Shown: positions 11,251-24,277 of the stretch, one piece after another
Numbering within the stretch: the first letter of the stretch is position 1
Layout of the letters: each line of letters begins with the position of its first letter
NCBI GenBank assembly: GCA_036172245.1
Contig: JAYWIR010000022.1
Coordinates: forward strand, 310,001-374,000
Reading direction: 5' to 3'
Source of the DNA: Raillietiella orientalis
Lineage: Eukaryota
Length of the DNA: 64,000 bases
Translations under genes and position numbers: made by a program
The notes under the pieces: generated by a model
Databases searched by the model: none
Seen by the model: only the letters and a program-made list of their open reading frames with translations
Told to the model about the DNA's origin: nothing

Positions 11251-13264
11251 CACAGTCTCCTGCAAAAGACACGTGAAAGCGACATTTCTGCACCTGCAAC
11301 TCCTGACTATTTGAAGCTCGAAGGTGCTTCCAGAAACGGAAATCTTTCTTCGTAGATGTCCACAAACTGTCACGTATTGTCAGTATCCGTCGCGGGTCAA
11401 ACGACTGACTTCAGGCTACGAGTCACTTGTGATCTTGAATTCTCCTCTGAGTGCTCCATAGTGGTTCCTTCAAGACCCTGCGTGCAGTTGCCTGCGATGG
11501 CCTCTAGGAGGAAAATTTTTCGAACGGGTGCATTTCGTCTCACGAAGGCTTCTTATGGAACTGCGAGATCGCGGCTGATTTGCATGCCGATAGCAGACTC
11601 ACTCTGCCATCAATGGACCCGAATTCCGAGGCTTCCAGTTCTTGAGCTTTCACCCTCCTTACCATAGGCGGGTCTTCAGCGTGTACCCAGCGAGCAGCAC
11701 TCGCGAAGATAGAAGGCTTTTCTCGAGTGTACGGGAGCCCTTGTTGGCCGCGTGAGTCAGAAATTCGCCTCCGTACCCGAGCCGGAGGTTTCTAGATGCC
11801 CGAGGGACGGACTCAACCATCCAGAATCAGGTCGTGATTGATATACCCGCGAGAAGCTTTGAAGGTCGTCTCCTTGGCTCCTGTATTGGTCCCCCTGTGG
11901 AGGGCGCCTATCAGTTTCGCGAGGGATGAGAACGACAACTCCCATGCGTCGCAGATGGATGAATTGATAACCTCAAGATCCTCTGTCTATCCTTCCGAGG
12001 AAAAAAAGTAATCAGCTCAGTCGACGGCGTCCACGGCAACGAGCTTCAAAACTGCGATGCATTCATCAGACGCGCGGAAAATCCAGAGGTGAGACTTCGG
12101 AGTCTGAAAATCGAGGCTTCCGGGAAAAGTCGCTAAGCGAAACGTTTCCGATCCTGATATCCAGCCATGCGTTTAGGATTTGGAAATCGGAAAGCAAACG
12201 AGCGCGATTGGTAATTATCCTTGAGAAGGACAGCATGAAGCCATCCTTCGAAAGTATTCAATTTTTCGTGTTCTTGAATTAACTTTATCTGGCTTTTGGC
12301 GCGAGGCGAGACCACGTGGTGGCAGCCCAAGCTACGAAGAGCAGTTTCACGAGTTTGGTCAAGGGTTCAAGGAAAGTGAGCTCGGGTAGAATTACAATTC
12401 CTCATGGGAGGAGGCCGTTCCTGAACAGTCCTAACCAGGGTACACGAGTCGGTTCCTATTCACGAACCAGCTGGTTTCCGTTCGGGCACACACGTGAGAC
12501 CCACGATAGGTAAGCGAGTCGGTCGTGCACGATGGTTGCAGTCAATCAGCCTCCATCGCCGATTTCTCCAGAAATGAGCGCGTGCATGTACTCTGTGAAA
12601 TCTGGAGTGAAAACTCAGATGATATGTGAAGAGTAGTAAAAGAGGGACCTTTTCCTCTCAGAAAGGGGGGTGAACACTCAGGGGAGTCACGACTGGATCA
12701 AGTGTCAAGGGCCCATGGGAGCGATAGTTCTCTCATATGGGAAGTGCTGGACCGATTTCGGGGGTAATCCAACTCCGGACGGACCCTTGCAGTAGAGGAG
12801 AGAACTCCATTCCATTCTGATAGTGAACACTCTGGCCATCGGATGGGTGGAGTATGGGTGTTGAGTCGGCAAGGAAAGCTGTAGAATGCATACGACATAA
12901 CACATATCGGGAATGATTATTTTTCAAGGAGATTAGTGGAGCTGTGAATGTTGCCTTACTTACGGAATGCCCAGCATGAAGTCGCCTAGGGATGCAAAGT
13001 CGATGCTGCGTTTCGAACCTATTCCTCGCTATCGATGATCTCACCTGCCTCTACGCCGGAAATGCTCTTCGGTGAGTAGCATCATTTGGGGAATTGGAGT
13101 TGCACTCTCCGATTAAACATTCAGAAAGCAAGAAGTTTGCTTGTCACAGTGCGGATGTTGAAGATATCATGCTTTCATTTCGTCTAGATTAAGGCCAAGA
13201 GGTGCATCCAATACGCATTCTTTCTGCCTCATATGCTGGAACACACCGTCAATCGTCAAGAGGG

Positions 13265-13450
13265 ATTGAAGCGTGTATGTTCCCTTAGCTGGGACGTTGA
13301 CAGAATGCTCGTGGTGCGATGTCGAAAGCAACACCAGCAGCAGCCAACGGGTTCGCTCCCTCGGAGGAACGCCTTGGACAACCTTGCAGTTCGCTATTCC
13401 CTCCCCCCGGCCGGTTGGCCGTAAATTCAAAAAATATTCCACGCTTGTGC
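13265..13450. repeat. Dispersed repeat, copy 2 of 7605-7895
   Basis: High nucleotide similarity to 7605-7895 with roughly 105 nt missing after cccttagctgg. Confidence 0.9.
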
Positions 13451-16400
13451 TCAGGGGATACTGAGTTCACGCATGGCATCATCGTTTTTAGGAAGCTCCC
13501 AGATACCACCAATGCTACAGCCGCCTTGGAGGAGAGAATGACTTCAAAGGTGATGACTCAGTTTTCTTTTGAAGGCAGAACAAACGAAGTATCGACACCA
13601 TTCCCGCAGCCGACTGGTCGAAGGCCTCCAATTCCCTTCTTCCTTCGTCGTCTTCTTCACTCACTCCATCGATTAATCATGTTCCTGCTAGCACGAAAGC
13701 AGGGATGAGATCGTCCCACATCGTTCGTGTCGTGTAAAGACGATCCGGCTTCTTCATTCTGGCTGTTTTTCTTACGGCCAGCAAGTTAAGGAGAATCGAA
13801 TGAATAAAGACATCGATAATCGAAGACTGCCATTTCCCGTGCAGCCCTGCTCAGGACATGCACACTCCCCATGTTCTGGGTGTTCCATCAAGGCGCGCTG
13901 TCTTGAGAGTCACGGATGCTGGGTGTAACCCTGAGTCTCATCCTGCGGGCGACATCTGCTTCACAATCGCAATCTGGAATTCACAGTCGGCGAAGTGTGA
14001 TCGGACTGGTCTACATGTTGGAGTTTGTTGACACTCTGCAAAATTGGGAGGTCGCCACTCCTCGAAAATTTATCCCATGCGTATTCCAGAAATGTAGCTT
14101 CGCAGATTGGCGATTTGTTTTTTTTTAAATGCTCGAGCTCTGGAAGCGCGGTTTGCTTCTTTTGATAGGTCAATAGGATCCAATACCAAACATCTTGCCA
14201 AGACACTTCCAGGTTTGTGTCTTCTACAAGATGAGTACGACAAACCCGCTTACGTGAAAAGCTGTTCCCTCCCCTCCTGGGATTGTTGTATGCACAATGA
14301 GGAGTAAAGGCTTTTCATTGATTCACGGAGAGCTTCGCTGTCATAAAAAGTCCGCCAACGTGCCGAGGAAAGTTTCAAATGCATTTCCTGACTTTGTAAT
14401 CATCAGGAGATCATGGGCGTATGCCAGGAAAAGCGGGAGCACTTCTCTACAAGTCAGAGTGGTGGCTTAGCAGGCAAATGAGAAGTGCCAACTTCAAAAG
14501 CAAGGGCAACTTACAATGAAGAAAAAAACAGAAATAGGCAATGAAAACGAAACTGAAACAAATTCAAAGAACATATTCCGTCAGCAGCACTTGATTGAAA
14601 GACGAGATACGCTTCCATAAGAACGCAATCATTGCTGAAGACTCCTCGGTCACGAATGTGAATCGAGGAATGGGAAAAAACCTGCAAATGAGAAACAGAC
14701 CCGATTGCTGCATTTCTCATTTGCAGAATAAATGGAATTGGCTCGGTAGAAACCGACCATTTGTGGGTAATTTCGTATTTGGTCTTTGGAGACAGAACGA
14801 GAATGGTAAGCAAGTTCTCAATAGACAGTGCAAAGAAATCTCGCAAGGGGTCTTCGATGGTTGTCGGGAGATCCTCCAGATCTAGGTGCCATCTGCAGGA
14901 GATCCGAAGCCGTCCTGGAATTCCTGGACTGCAGGAATGAAAGCAAAATCGAAAGAATGGATGTTTTCTACAACCTTCCCTTTTCCGATGAAAACTTCTT
15001 CAGAAATCACACTAATACAGCTGCCTAAAAACACACCAGCGCACAGGTACAAATAATTCATCACATTATTTTTGAATTCCCTTATTTATTAGTTGATGAA
15101 ATTCTGTTTAAAATATTACCTGTTTGCATGAAAGCAAGAGGGAAGAGAAAAGTTCTAGTTGAAAGGAAAGTGCCTGAAATGTAGTTCTACGTCTCCCAGG
15201 CCCACGTTCGAACCTGAACGTTTTGCTTTTCCCCTTATACTTCCTTCAATTCACAGCATGAGAATCCGATTGCCTTGATTGGAACCAAAGGCACAACCAG
15301 GTCACAGCAGTAACATACAAATTTCACCGTCAATCTGAACAAATGAAAAAAACCTCTGAACAATAGAAAAATCTCCAACTGTCCACTGAAGCCCCTGCAC
15401 TGCTAGTGCAATTTCATGATGAAAGATTTCAAAAAGCAAATGATGGTTACAAATGCTTCCCCTGAAACATCAAAAGGGGGGGGAGGGAATCGCAAAGCAA
15501 TTTGTTTATTCCAAAATAATAGGTCAGACGTCAAGACAGGACGGATATGATTCCAAGGAAAACCCCAAATAATGAGATCTCATACTGTAACCCTTTTTTT
15601 CATTTAAATGTCACGACCGCACTTTTCAAGAACCTACTCTTTCCAAAAGTTACATAAATCCCTCTTAGATGACTAGATTCTTCACATGGTTAGTTTGCCA
15701 AAAATGTGCTTTGAATTTGGCTGGTGCTTTCTTGCAGTTCATATACACTTAGTTTCCCATTAATAAAGCTTTTAGCTGCTTCTTGCAATTTCATGTTTAT
15801 TTGCAGAAGCAAACTTTATTGGTTTAAAAAATCCAAGGTACAATTTAACGTTAAACCTTGTGCTTACAATATGGACTGACAAATATTGATGTTCACTAGC
15901 ACCGTTTCAGCAGCTGAATTACAATACAAATTACATATCCAAGTTTGAAAAACCACTCGATTATATGTGCTGGTGTTTTGCATTTCCAGCCAGTGTTTTA
16001 AGATTTTAGCTGCCAATTTCTGCCAGTTTCTCAGGGATTTTGGTGATCAGAGTATTTTTGATGATTTCAGTCCAGTTTCATGCTTTGCAAGTATTTTAGT
16101 AATTCATGTTTCTGGTTTTAGTACTTTATGTTTAGTTATTCATCATGATTACAGTTTCATGAATTACCAAAATACTTTGCAAGTGGTAATGCTCTGAAAT
16201 CAAAAGAATTCCAAGATGAAGCAAATGCATAGCCACAAGGCTGAAAATCACTTGATGCTCTTGGTAACAAGGTTTGGTTGCAACAAAGGACCTAACAAAG
16301 AAATGCTGAATTTGGTGTTTTGTTTTTGCTGCAAATATGGATCTAAAAAATCAACTGCAATCTTTTCCTTACATGTTAGGTGCGGATTTGAAATTCTTAC

Positions 16401-19089
16401 AAGAAATTCTCATCTTGTCTGTACATGATATCTAATGCTGATGAAATGACCCATATCAAGTGATGCATTAGCATTAAAACCCCAGACAAAATTTAGTCAA
16501 ATTGCTGCAATCTACTCTCTCGTATGCATTATGGTTTCTCTAAGATCAGGCATGATGAGCTCAGTGAAATCTCCCCATTTTGTCATGAAGTATTTCACCA
16601 ATCTACAACCCTCGCCAGATTTCTTGACTTTGCATGTTCCATGGATATGCGTTGTTGGCACCCATGCTCTCACTATGAAACTGCTATTTCATTGACACTC
16701 GTACATTATTTACATAAGGATCCTCCAATCCTCATGATTACAGTTGTTGAACAACTGTCAACTGAAACATCCTCAGCTCTCTCATATCTCTCAAACCAAG
16801 TTATTTATGCATAGGACCAATGTTTCACAGGAAATCAAATGATGCTAAATACAAACATAGCTCCAGCCTCACTGAATGAGCAACCCCATTTACAATAAAG
16901 GAAATATACCACCACCCTACCACCATGACCACGTTCTGATAAAATTACATTGCCTCCTTTCCAACAAATTTGCAGAAAGTATTGTGCATACTCCCTAGAA
17001 TCCCACAACCCTACGGAAAGTGAACCATCAGAACCAAATTGAAAATAGGTACAATTGAAGGCAACAATCTAATGAAGCATAACTGGAATAATCATCACTG
17101 CAGCGCATCAGTGGGTCCCCGAAGGACGAAATTCGACAACACTTTTCAGCCACGTTTAATGTCATTTGTCAACTTTTTCCTCTAAACATCCCATACCAAC
17201 ACATCCAGTCCACCGCACCCCCGAACATACAGCTCCTACAAAGGAACCACTGAACCTTCGATCCCTATTTTTTCCCAAAGTGTTGGAAATACCATCTTTG
17301 TCTTCGATGGGCTTCGATTTTGCATTAACCTCAGCGTTGCTTTGACATACTGAACTATCAGAACGAAAATTTCATTTTCTAACTTTACTTCAACCGCGTC
17401 CCCCCCCCACTCCTTTCATGGGATGTCTCACATCTGGGATCTGCTACGACGACTTTGGAGAGTGGCCAGTTGCATACACTGATGACCCTTGTGGCTCGAT
17501 TCGCCTCCGGTCATCTTTCGCCGCCGCAACTTTGGCCCTGTTGCTGGAAACTCTTGGACAGCACCAAATGAAATCCCCTTCCTGGGGGTTGCTGGTTGTG
17601 CCAGCCGGTAGCACGGCAAGCTTCGTTGCAGACTTTTTGCCATTGTCCATCACCTTTGTCAACTTGAAGGTTCACAATGCTGAGGACGTTCGTTTACACT
17701 TAGGGTGTGCAAGCATGAGGAGAGTCTGCTCATTTCTCACCTTTCTTAAACAGTGCTGGATCATCAGTTCTGCCGTACACGATCTCTGGGTTCTTGAAAC
17801 CATGTCAGGACAAGCATGGAAAACACTAATGGAATTCTTATCCGAGATGTGAAACAGCACAGCCACAGGCTGTGGAGTCTCAGAATGCTGGTACTCAAAA
17901 TCGATGGATTTTAAATGAGCGTAGACCTCAGCATGAACATCTATCTACAGAAGCGTGCACGTTCTTGAAAACTTTTTTGTGCTTAGAACCACAATGGCCT
18001 GTACAGGTGTCTTTTCTGACAGACAGAGAGCGACATTCATAAGAACAAGTACAGCAAGAACTTCCAATTATAAGTTCCGCTTCAAAGTTGTGTGGCATCT
18101 GAAGCTCGGACTCAAAACTAGACCATAAATATCCCTTAGTATTAGCTTATTTTCTCCTTTCTACGTCAGTGCTTTTCCAGTCAGTACATGCTTAGTGGCA
18201 TAACAGTCTACCCCTGTATACAAAGAAAACAATTTATAAGTGCAATCGCATGCCGTTCATGTAGCTCGTAGACGTTGAAAATACAGATGAAGCCATCTTG
18301 AAAATGGGACTGGAACCAGTTACCTTGAAGATGGAAACAGTAAGAATCAGGACACTGACAGATATCTACCTTGCACTGCACGAGTACAACGTGGACTTTT
18401 CCTGGATATGGTCCATAGTTCCGTATCCACTATGTGCACAGACTGTGACGAGCTAGCAGAAGCATTCATTGAAAATTAAGCGTATCTAAATGGTCATGTA
18501 GTTGGCGGAATCGATGATGCTGCACTCTCGACGGTGTTTCTGTCCAAAGTAAGCTTTCACGCGAATCGAAAGCCGATGTTGCACTTCATCAAATAAGGCA
18601 GCGAAGAACGTCGAGACCGGGAATTCCCTGTGGAGGCTCTTCTTGGAAGAGAACTTTGCAAGATTCAAGCTAAACAACAACACAGCCATCACAGATGCAG
18701 CCAACGCTGGAGTGTATTTTCAAAAAATAGCAGGTAAAACCTCGATCCTACATGGGATGCAAGAGATTCTGCCACATAGGGTCGCAGCTTGCCCCAACGC
18801 AAAGTGCCCCACTCATGTAGCCAGGAAGGGCACCTGCAGTGCGCGTGCACCTAGCCTTAGAATTGTCGCTTCTGCAAGATGGTGAGGCACAAAAGAGGAA
18901 CTGCATGAAATACACGCAGTGGTGCCAACTGACGGAGTAAGGCAGAAATCCATAAACAGCGACCCGGAAACAAAAAAGTCTACATAGAAGAAATCTCTGC
19001 ATATAGAGACTGTGACAAAGGCTGCAGAATTCTCCGAGGTGAAAGGAAAGCAAAACAAGAACAAGATGCAAACCAACATGGCAGTCATG

Positions 19090-19330
19090 CAAGGGCAACC
19101 AGAAAACGGACTTGACTGACGACAAAATCTCGCAAATCCAATGTTATGGGCGAGACGATTGGAAATAGTTCATGCAAGAGGAGGTGTCGCAGCGGAACGG
19201 GGAAGATTCTGGTCCGAACGAAGAAGCTGTTCGGTAGGGTGTCCCGGAACTTCACCAGCAACGCACGTCTTCTCAGGCTGAAGGAGGGAATCCTCATGAT
19301 CCACCAGTGCTGTCCTGCTGAGGAAAACAA
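19090..19330 (-). mobile_element. L1/Tx1-like ORF2 post-RT fragment
   Basis: W...SFSLRRRALLVKF...LP..FF...IFPVP resembles the Tx1 W..LSLxGRxLV..L...P motif. Confidence 0.5.
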
Positions 19331-20276
19331 GGAAAGGCTTTCAGGGAACCAAGCAAGAAAAGCTGATTAACCGATTGATTAATCGGTTTCGATGGAGATA
19401 AGCAGGTAAAACACCTGAATCCACAAGTCAGCATAAGGACCATGGATCAACTCCACTATAAGCACGAAACTGTAAGACTCCAACACCGATGTGGAATTCA
19501 TCCCAAGAAAGAAAAGAAACCGCAACATCCTGAAAGAAGAAATGCCAAGCAAAGAGATACAGACTTGTTCCTGTGGACCATCAGGAGTGTTAGGGTTGGC
19601 TTCTGGAACACCATCATGAAGGTGGCGGGTCTGGGTGTGGATCTTGCAGATGACGAGACGCGATGGAACCATGTGCTTCGGGGGTGCACCAACCACCATG
19701 GGATTCCGAAGTTGGGCCAAGAGCTCCAAAATCGACTGCAACTTTCGCGAGTGACGGCATCGGGCGCAGGAAGGGAGCAGCAGCAATTCTCGTCAGAAAA
19801 GGGTTGCTGCACGCCATCCTTGCCACCACAGCTTCAGCACTCGGATCGAGGCCGCACCTTGGGAGTCAGGATGTCGCGGTCCGGAAGCATCCACCCCTTC
19901 TTTGCGGAGGAAGAGTGATTTGCGGCAACTCCGTGGAACCGCCCCCGGAGCAGGTTCGTTCAGAAGGGCGTCGGCATCGCCGCTGGTGACGACCTGAACA
20001 TCCCTCGGAGCGTCTGGATGCGCAGCAATCTCCGAGGGACCAGAAACAATCGGTTGTTGTTCGGGGAATGCGGACTGAAAATGGCTGCCGTGATCTGCAA
20101 GCCTATGGACCGCGTCTCGTTCGGTGCAGACAACCGCAGCCGTCTGCAGGAGTTTCGGGATGCTGAAAGTCTTCTCCGTCGGATCATGCTTCCCTGCAGA
20201 TCGCCATCAAGACAGAACTCTCGGAGGACAGCCTGGATGGAGGCAGAGCTCATCGGTATTGCTTGGAAACGGAGAC

Positions 20277-20560
20277 CGGAGTACTCAAGGTTTTCTGGGA
20301 TGATCGTCTCCCAACGTGCTTGCGCTCTCGAGTTCGTGTTGCCGTCCTGCTTGTCATGGACAGTGCGTGCGGACACATCCCTGTCGACCAGGTTGCGAAT
20401 GGTTGCTCTGTGCAGGCTGAGCCCCTGACGGCAAAGGTAGCGCAGTGCAACCATCCGGATGCGTCCGCACGTACCACCCATGACATGTAGGACGGTGACA
20501 CGAACTCGAGCGCGCAAGCACGTTGGGAGATGATCATCCAAGATGACCTTCAGTGCTCCT
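20277..20560. repeat. Long imperfect inverted repeat (foldback), ~100-bp arms
   Basis: 20298-20380 (ggatgatcgtctcccaacgtgcttgcgctctcgagttcgtgttgccgtcc...) is the reverse complement of 20457-20539 with scattered mismatches. Weaker pairing extends outward and inward. Confidence 0.95.
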
Positions 20561-21264
20561 GTTCCTGGAAGGCCTCTGGCCGCTCCCACTCGGAGTACCG
20601 AAGCCAATTCCACACGAGGCATACGTGAAGAAGATGCGAAGGGAGAAACTGGGGTACTGGAGTGAAGGAGAGTCGGATCCGCTTCCGGATCCAGCAGGAA
20701 GACCAGCGTTCCTCACGTCCGGAGGAACGGCGAATATTTGGAGCGTAGAGACTTCGAGCGGTTCCGAGGGAGGCACCTTAGCAGGATGGAACGGGTCGTC
20801 ATTCATCCTGCACCGCCTCCGCAAGGACGCGGACCAACGGCAGCGGAAGAACGACTAGGGACTCCTCCATTCAAGAGCTTGCAGGACCACGAAAGGACGT
20901 GGCATGGAGACCCGACGGTGGGGCTGACGCTACCAGAGCTGCCTGCGCATCTGCTTGCGCGTCTCTCCAGAGCCGACGACAAAAAGCAAAAGGAGGCCTC
21001 CCGCTTCGTTCCTCGGGGGAAGGACGAGATTGCTGCCGGAAGGAAGAGATCTCACCTGTCTTACCCGGTGGGGACCGATCTCCACCCTCAACACTGGAAA
21101 GTGGTTGTTCAAGGTGTGGTCCAGCCGACTTGGAAACATCCTTGACGATGGAAGGAATGATGGCCCAAATCCTTTTGGTTCTGTCTTCACTGTTTTCCTT
21201 TCAGTTTTTTTTGGATCATCCCCCCCTGCAGATCGCCGTCAAGACAGAACTCTCGGAGGACTCC

Positions 21265-22340
21265 AATTTTTGGGGGGTTCACCGAGTACCTTAAGAGCCG
21301 TCCTGAACCTGACGGCCCACGCAGCTCTTTTGCACACCACCCGAAGGTGCGTGTAATTCTTCAAGATAGGGGGTCCCCCAAGAGGGGACCATCCTATGAA
21401 TTCGAAGAAGGGAGTCCATCCTCCCACGCCTGAGGAGGGATCACCGAAGGGAACCCTCCACCCTGGTTGTCTACGAAGAGACCCTCGGAGGGGTCCGCTC
21501 CATTTTCTTTGACCGAAGGAAACCCGGAAAGGATCCGCACTCTTAGAATTTCTTCTCCAGAGGGACTCCGGGAAGGGAACCGCTCCTGTTTCCTCCTCTG
21601 AAGAGAACCCCGAAGGGACGCTTCCAATTGAAATACACGAAGGGCGCTCCCCGAAGAGAGCAGCACTCTTCTCTGTACTCTCTGGAGAGGTGGCAACACA
21701 CCTACTCCATGGTACGACACGGAGGATTCCCCCCCCCCCCCAAAGGGGGTGGGATGGCTTTTTTGCACAACCGAAGGGGAAATTCCACTCCTTGATTCCT
21801 GGAAGGATCCCGTGGGACCGACTCCCAATCTCGGCCACTCATCAGGGGCATCCGGTTTGAATCGCTACCACTGCCGCACCCTAATGAATGGAGGCCAACC
21901 AGCGTCATCTTGCGGGGGAAACTCGAACCCGTAACGCGCCCTCCATCTCTCGGTGTAGATTCTTTCCGAGTATTCGAACCCGCAACGCTTGGTGGTGTCA
22001 CGCGCGGAGACCGCAATCACGTGGCCTCCAACGCGGACATCCCTCTCACACGGACGTGCTCAGTCCCGAACACAGCAGGTTCAACCTTGGTCCCACCCAA
22101 GAAACCATCGATCTAAACTGCTGTATAGGCAATGACCTAGGACTGGCCTCACGGACGCAAGGACGTTTGACAACATGGGAAGTGAGATGTTCATCAGGAT
22201 TTGGGAAGAGCGGAGCATCCCAAACCAATTCTGCAATCATCTGGAAAGCCACCCGAAGCAACGGGAGAGAGACGAATAGCATGGTAATGACATGGGCAAA
22301 ATGATGGCGAGGAGACACCTTGAGTCCGGTGCCATTCATG
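21265..22340 (-). mobile_element. Decayed L1/Tx1-like ORF2 segment (family A)
   Basis: Collinear with 51200-51900 (acccggaaaggatcc, ctcctctgaagagaaccccgaagggacgcttcc). TPRDGGRV..KMTLVGL corresponds to the PxxxGGxG post-RT motif. Confidence 0.75.
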
Positions 22341-22374
22341 CTGTACGTGAAGGTGGCGTGATCCACAGTTCATC

Positions 22375-23132
22375 ACGAAGGTTGCCTAAGAGGGTGGAAA
22401 GTAAACTGAAAAAGAATAACCTACTTGGAGGATGGAGACAATCACCTATTCCCCATGACTCGACGACCCTGCTGTTGCATTGGGGCCTCCCGTGTAACGC
22501 CTGCCGATACCACTGGATCCGGGGAGGAAGCGTGTTCGAACTGCGGCAGGTGCGGTGAGAGAGTCCCTCCCTCACCTACCTGTGGACTATGCGGCGCTCC
22601 GCCCCCTGTGGGAAACGCTTTGTCGCGCCCCTGTGGATCCCCGAGGTCAACCCCAGAGACGTTTTAAAGCGTCTCTTCTTGAGCGACGCCCTCACGCCGG
22701 CCGGATCCCCAGCAGCACTTTGCTGTCTACGCGGCGGGATGTTGGCTACATGGAGCAGCAACTCCAGAGGAGTCCTGGACGACAGGGACGTCATCTATTT
22801 TGGGTTCCTCTTCCTGAGGACTGCGCCAAGATGGCCCCATCTGGGAACCTTGAAACAGGAACCTCCCGGCATCCTTACAAGGATGTAGAGGACACCCTTC
22901 AGCACGCAGTGATCCCTTCCTCAACTCCCTCATTTTTTTGACTGCATGCTTTTTGTTTTTGTTTGTCCTCCCTTCCCCTGGGCTACCGAAGCGATCCCGC
23001 TGGCCTGCGTGTTCGTCCCCGGCAGGTTCCTTCTCGTAGTTCTAAGGAACGTGGCAGGATAAAACGTCCTGCCACCGACATGACCGTTTATTTTTCATAA
23101 ATAAACGCCCCAGCGTGACCGGGTGTTAACCT
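22375..23132 (+). mobile_element. L1/Tx1-like 3' end: zinc knuckle plus 3' UTR (family B)
   Basis: WRQSPIP...LLLHWGLPCNA..HW....CGRCGE.ESLPHL..D, then RDVLKRLFLSD, a pyrimidine-rich UTR, AATAAA at 23100 and a terminal stem-loop. Confidence 0.8.
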
Positions 23133-23149
23133 CTTCTCCATGACGAATG

Positions 23150-23460
23150 AGGCGGACCAGCATGGGCTGCTTGATTATCTCCAGATCGATGAAGGAAGAG
23201 CCCAATCATGAATTTCCAGGACAGAACAAGGAGTCCATCCTGCACCTCTTAACCACCAAAGGGGTTCCGAGTGGTTGATACGGTGAAGCACCTGGGAATT
23301 CATACCAGAGACACCTCGGTGCCCACAGCATTTCAGAATTTCTTTCCGAGGTCAGGAAAGAGCAGGGTCTACGGGACTTCTCACCGAAAGAGGTCCGTCT
23401 TCCGGACAGCGTCCGGCTTCCCGGGTTTCTCTTCGGAGCGCCCCTCTATCAGATGAAGCC
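23150..23460 (+). mobile_element. Non-LTR RT C-terminal fragment
   Basis: FRVVDTVKHLGIH resembles the xKYLGx motif at the end of the RT domain. Confidence 0.4.
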
Positions 23461-24277
23461 AAAAAAGAAAGAAAGAAAGCCAGCGTGAACCATCGAAACC
23501 CCGGGCAGGACGACTCCGAAGCGTGGGTCCAAACTTAAGCGTCCATGTCGCTTGAAGGAAGAAGGAGGCACTGGGATGAAACCAGTGGGAGCTCGATAAC
23601 CCCTGCGGACCACGGCGAACTATGGTGAGTGCCTATCCGAAGCTAATGAACAGTCAGGAGATCTCACGGCATCCTGAGTAGCGAGAACGAGCCAGCGGAT
23701 GGGCATGGACCCTATTTGACCAGGGAAACGAGCCCTGGTGAACATCAGCAGGCTGAAATTGGTTCTCCCCTCACCCCCATTGAGTTTCGGGAGGAGAAAC
23801 CGCCCTTGATTTCCCCCCAGTGCTCAGGTGATTCCGTCGGAAACCAGGCATGAAGGCTAGTCCGCAAGAAGTAGGTGCTGCCACGGGATGGCACCATTCC
23901 GTTTCCCTATGCGACCCGCGAAGCTCGATGACTGAGGAAACTCGGAGACTCGACTCCAGAGGCACCAGAGGAATTCATGGGGAGAGCGAGTAGCACAAAG
24001 CACTGCATCCAGATAAGTGGCGCCGCTGAGGAAGTCCTAACGGCCCCTGACGCCACCGACGTAGGACAGTGAGCGCCAGCAGTGGAGCGATTGGCACAAC
24101 GAGCCAGAAACCCAACCTGGCACAATCCTGAAACTTCTGGATGACCTTCTGACCTAACTCTTCAGGATGACCTTCCAAGGTCTTGTATATGGTGCGGGAC
24201 TTCATCTCTAGATGAGTAACCTCCAAGGCGAGTCCTGCAGCTGTGCGATCAAAATCCCGAAAGATCTTGAAAATAAG

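Noticed and set aside
17105..17140. Hammerhead-like stem II followed by GAAA (gtcc-ccgaa-ggac-gaaa)
   Set aside because: The required upstream CUGAnGA core is absent (tcagtgg), and no stem I or III pairing is found.
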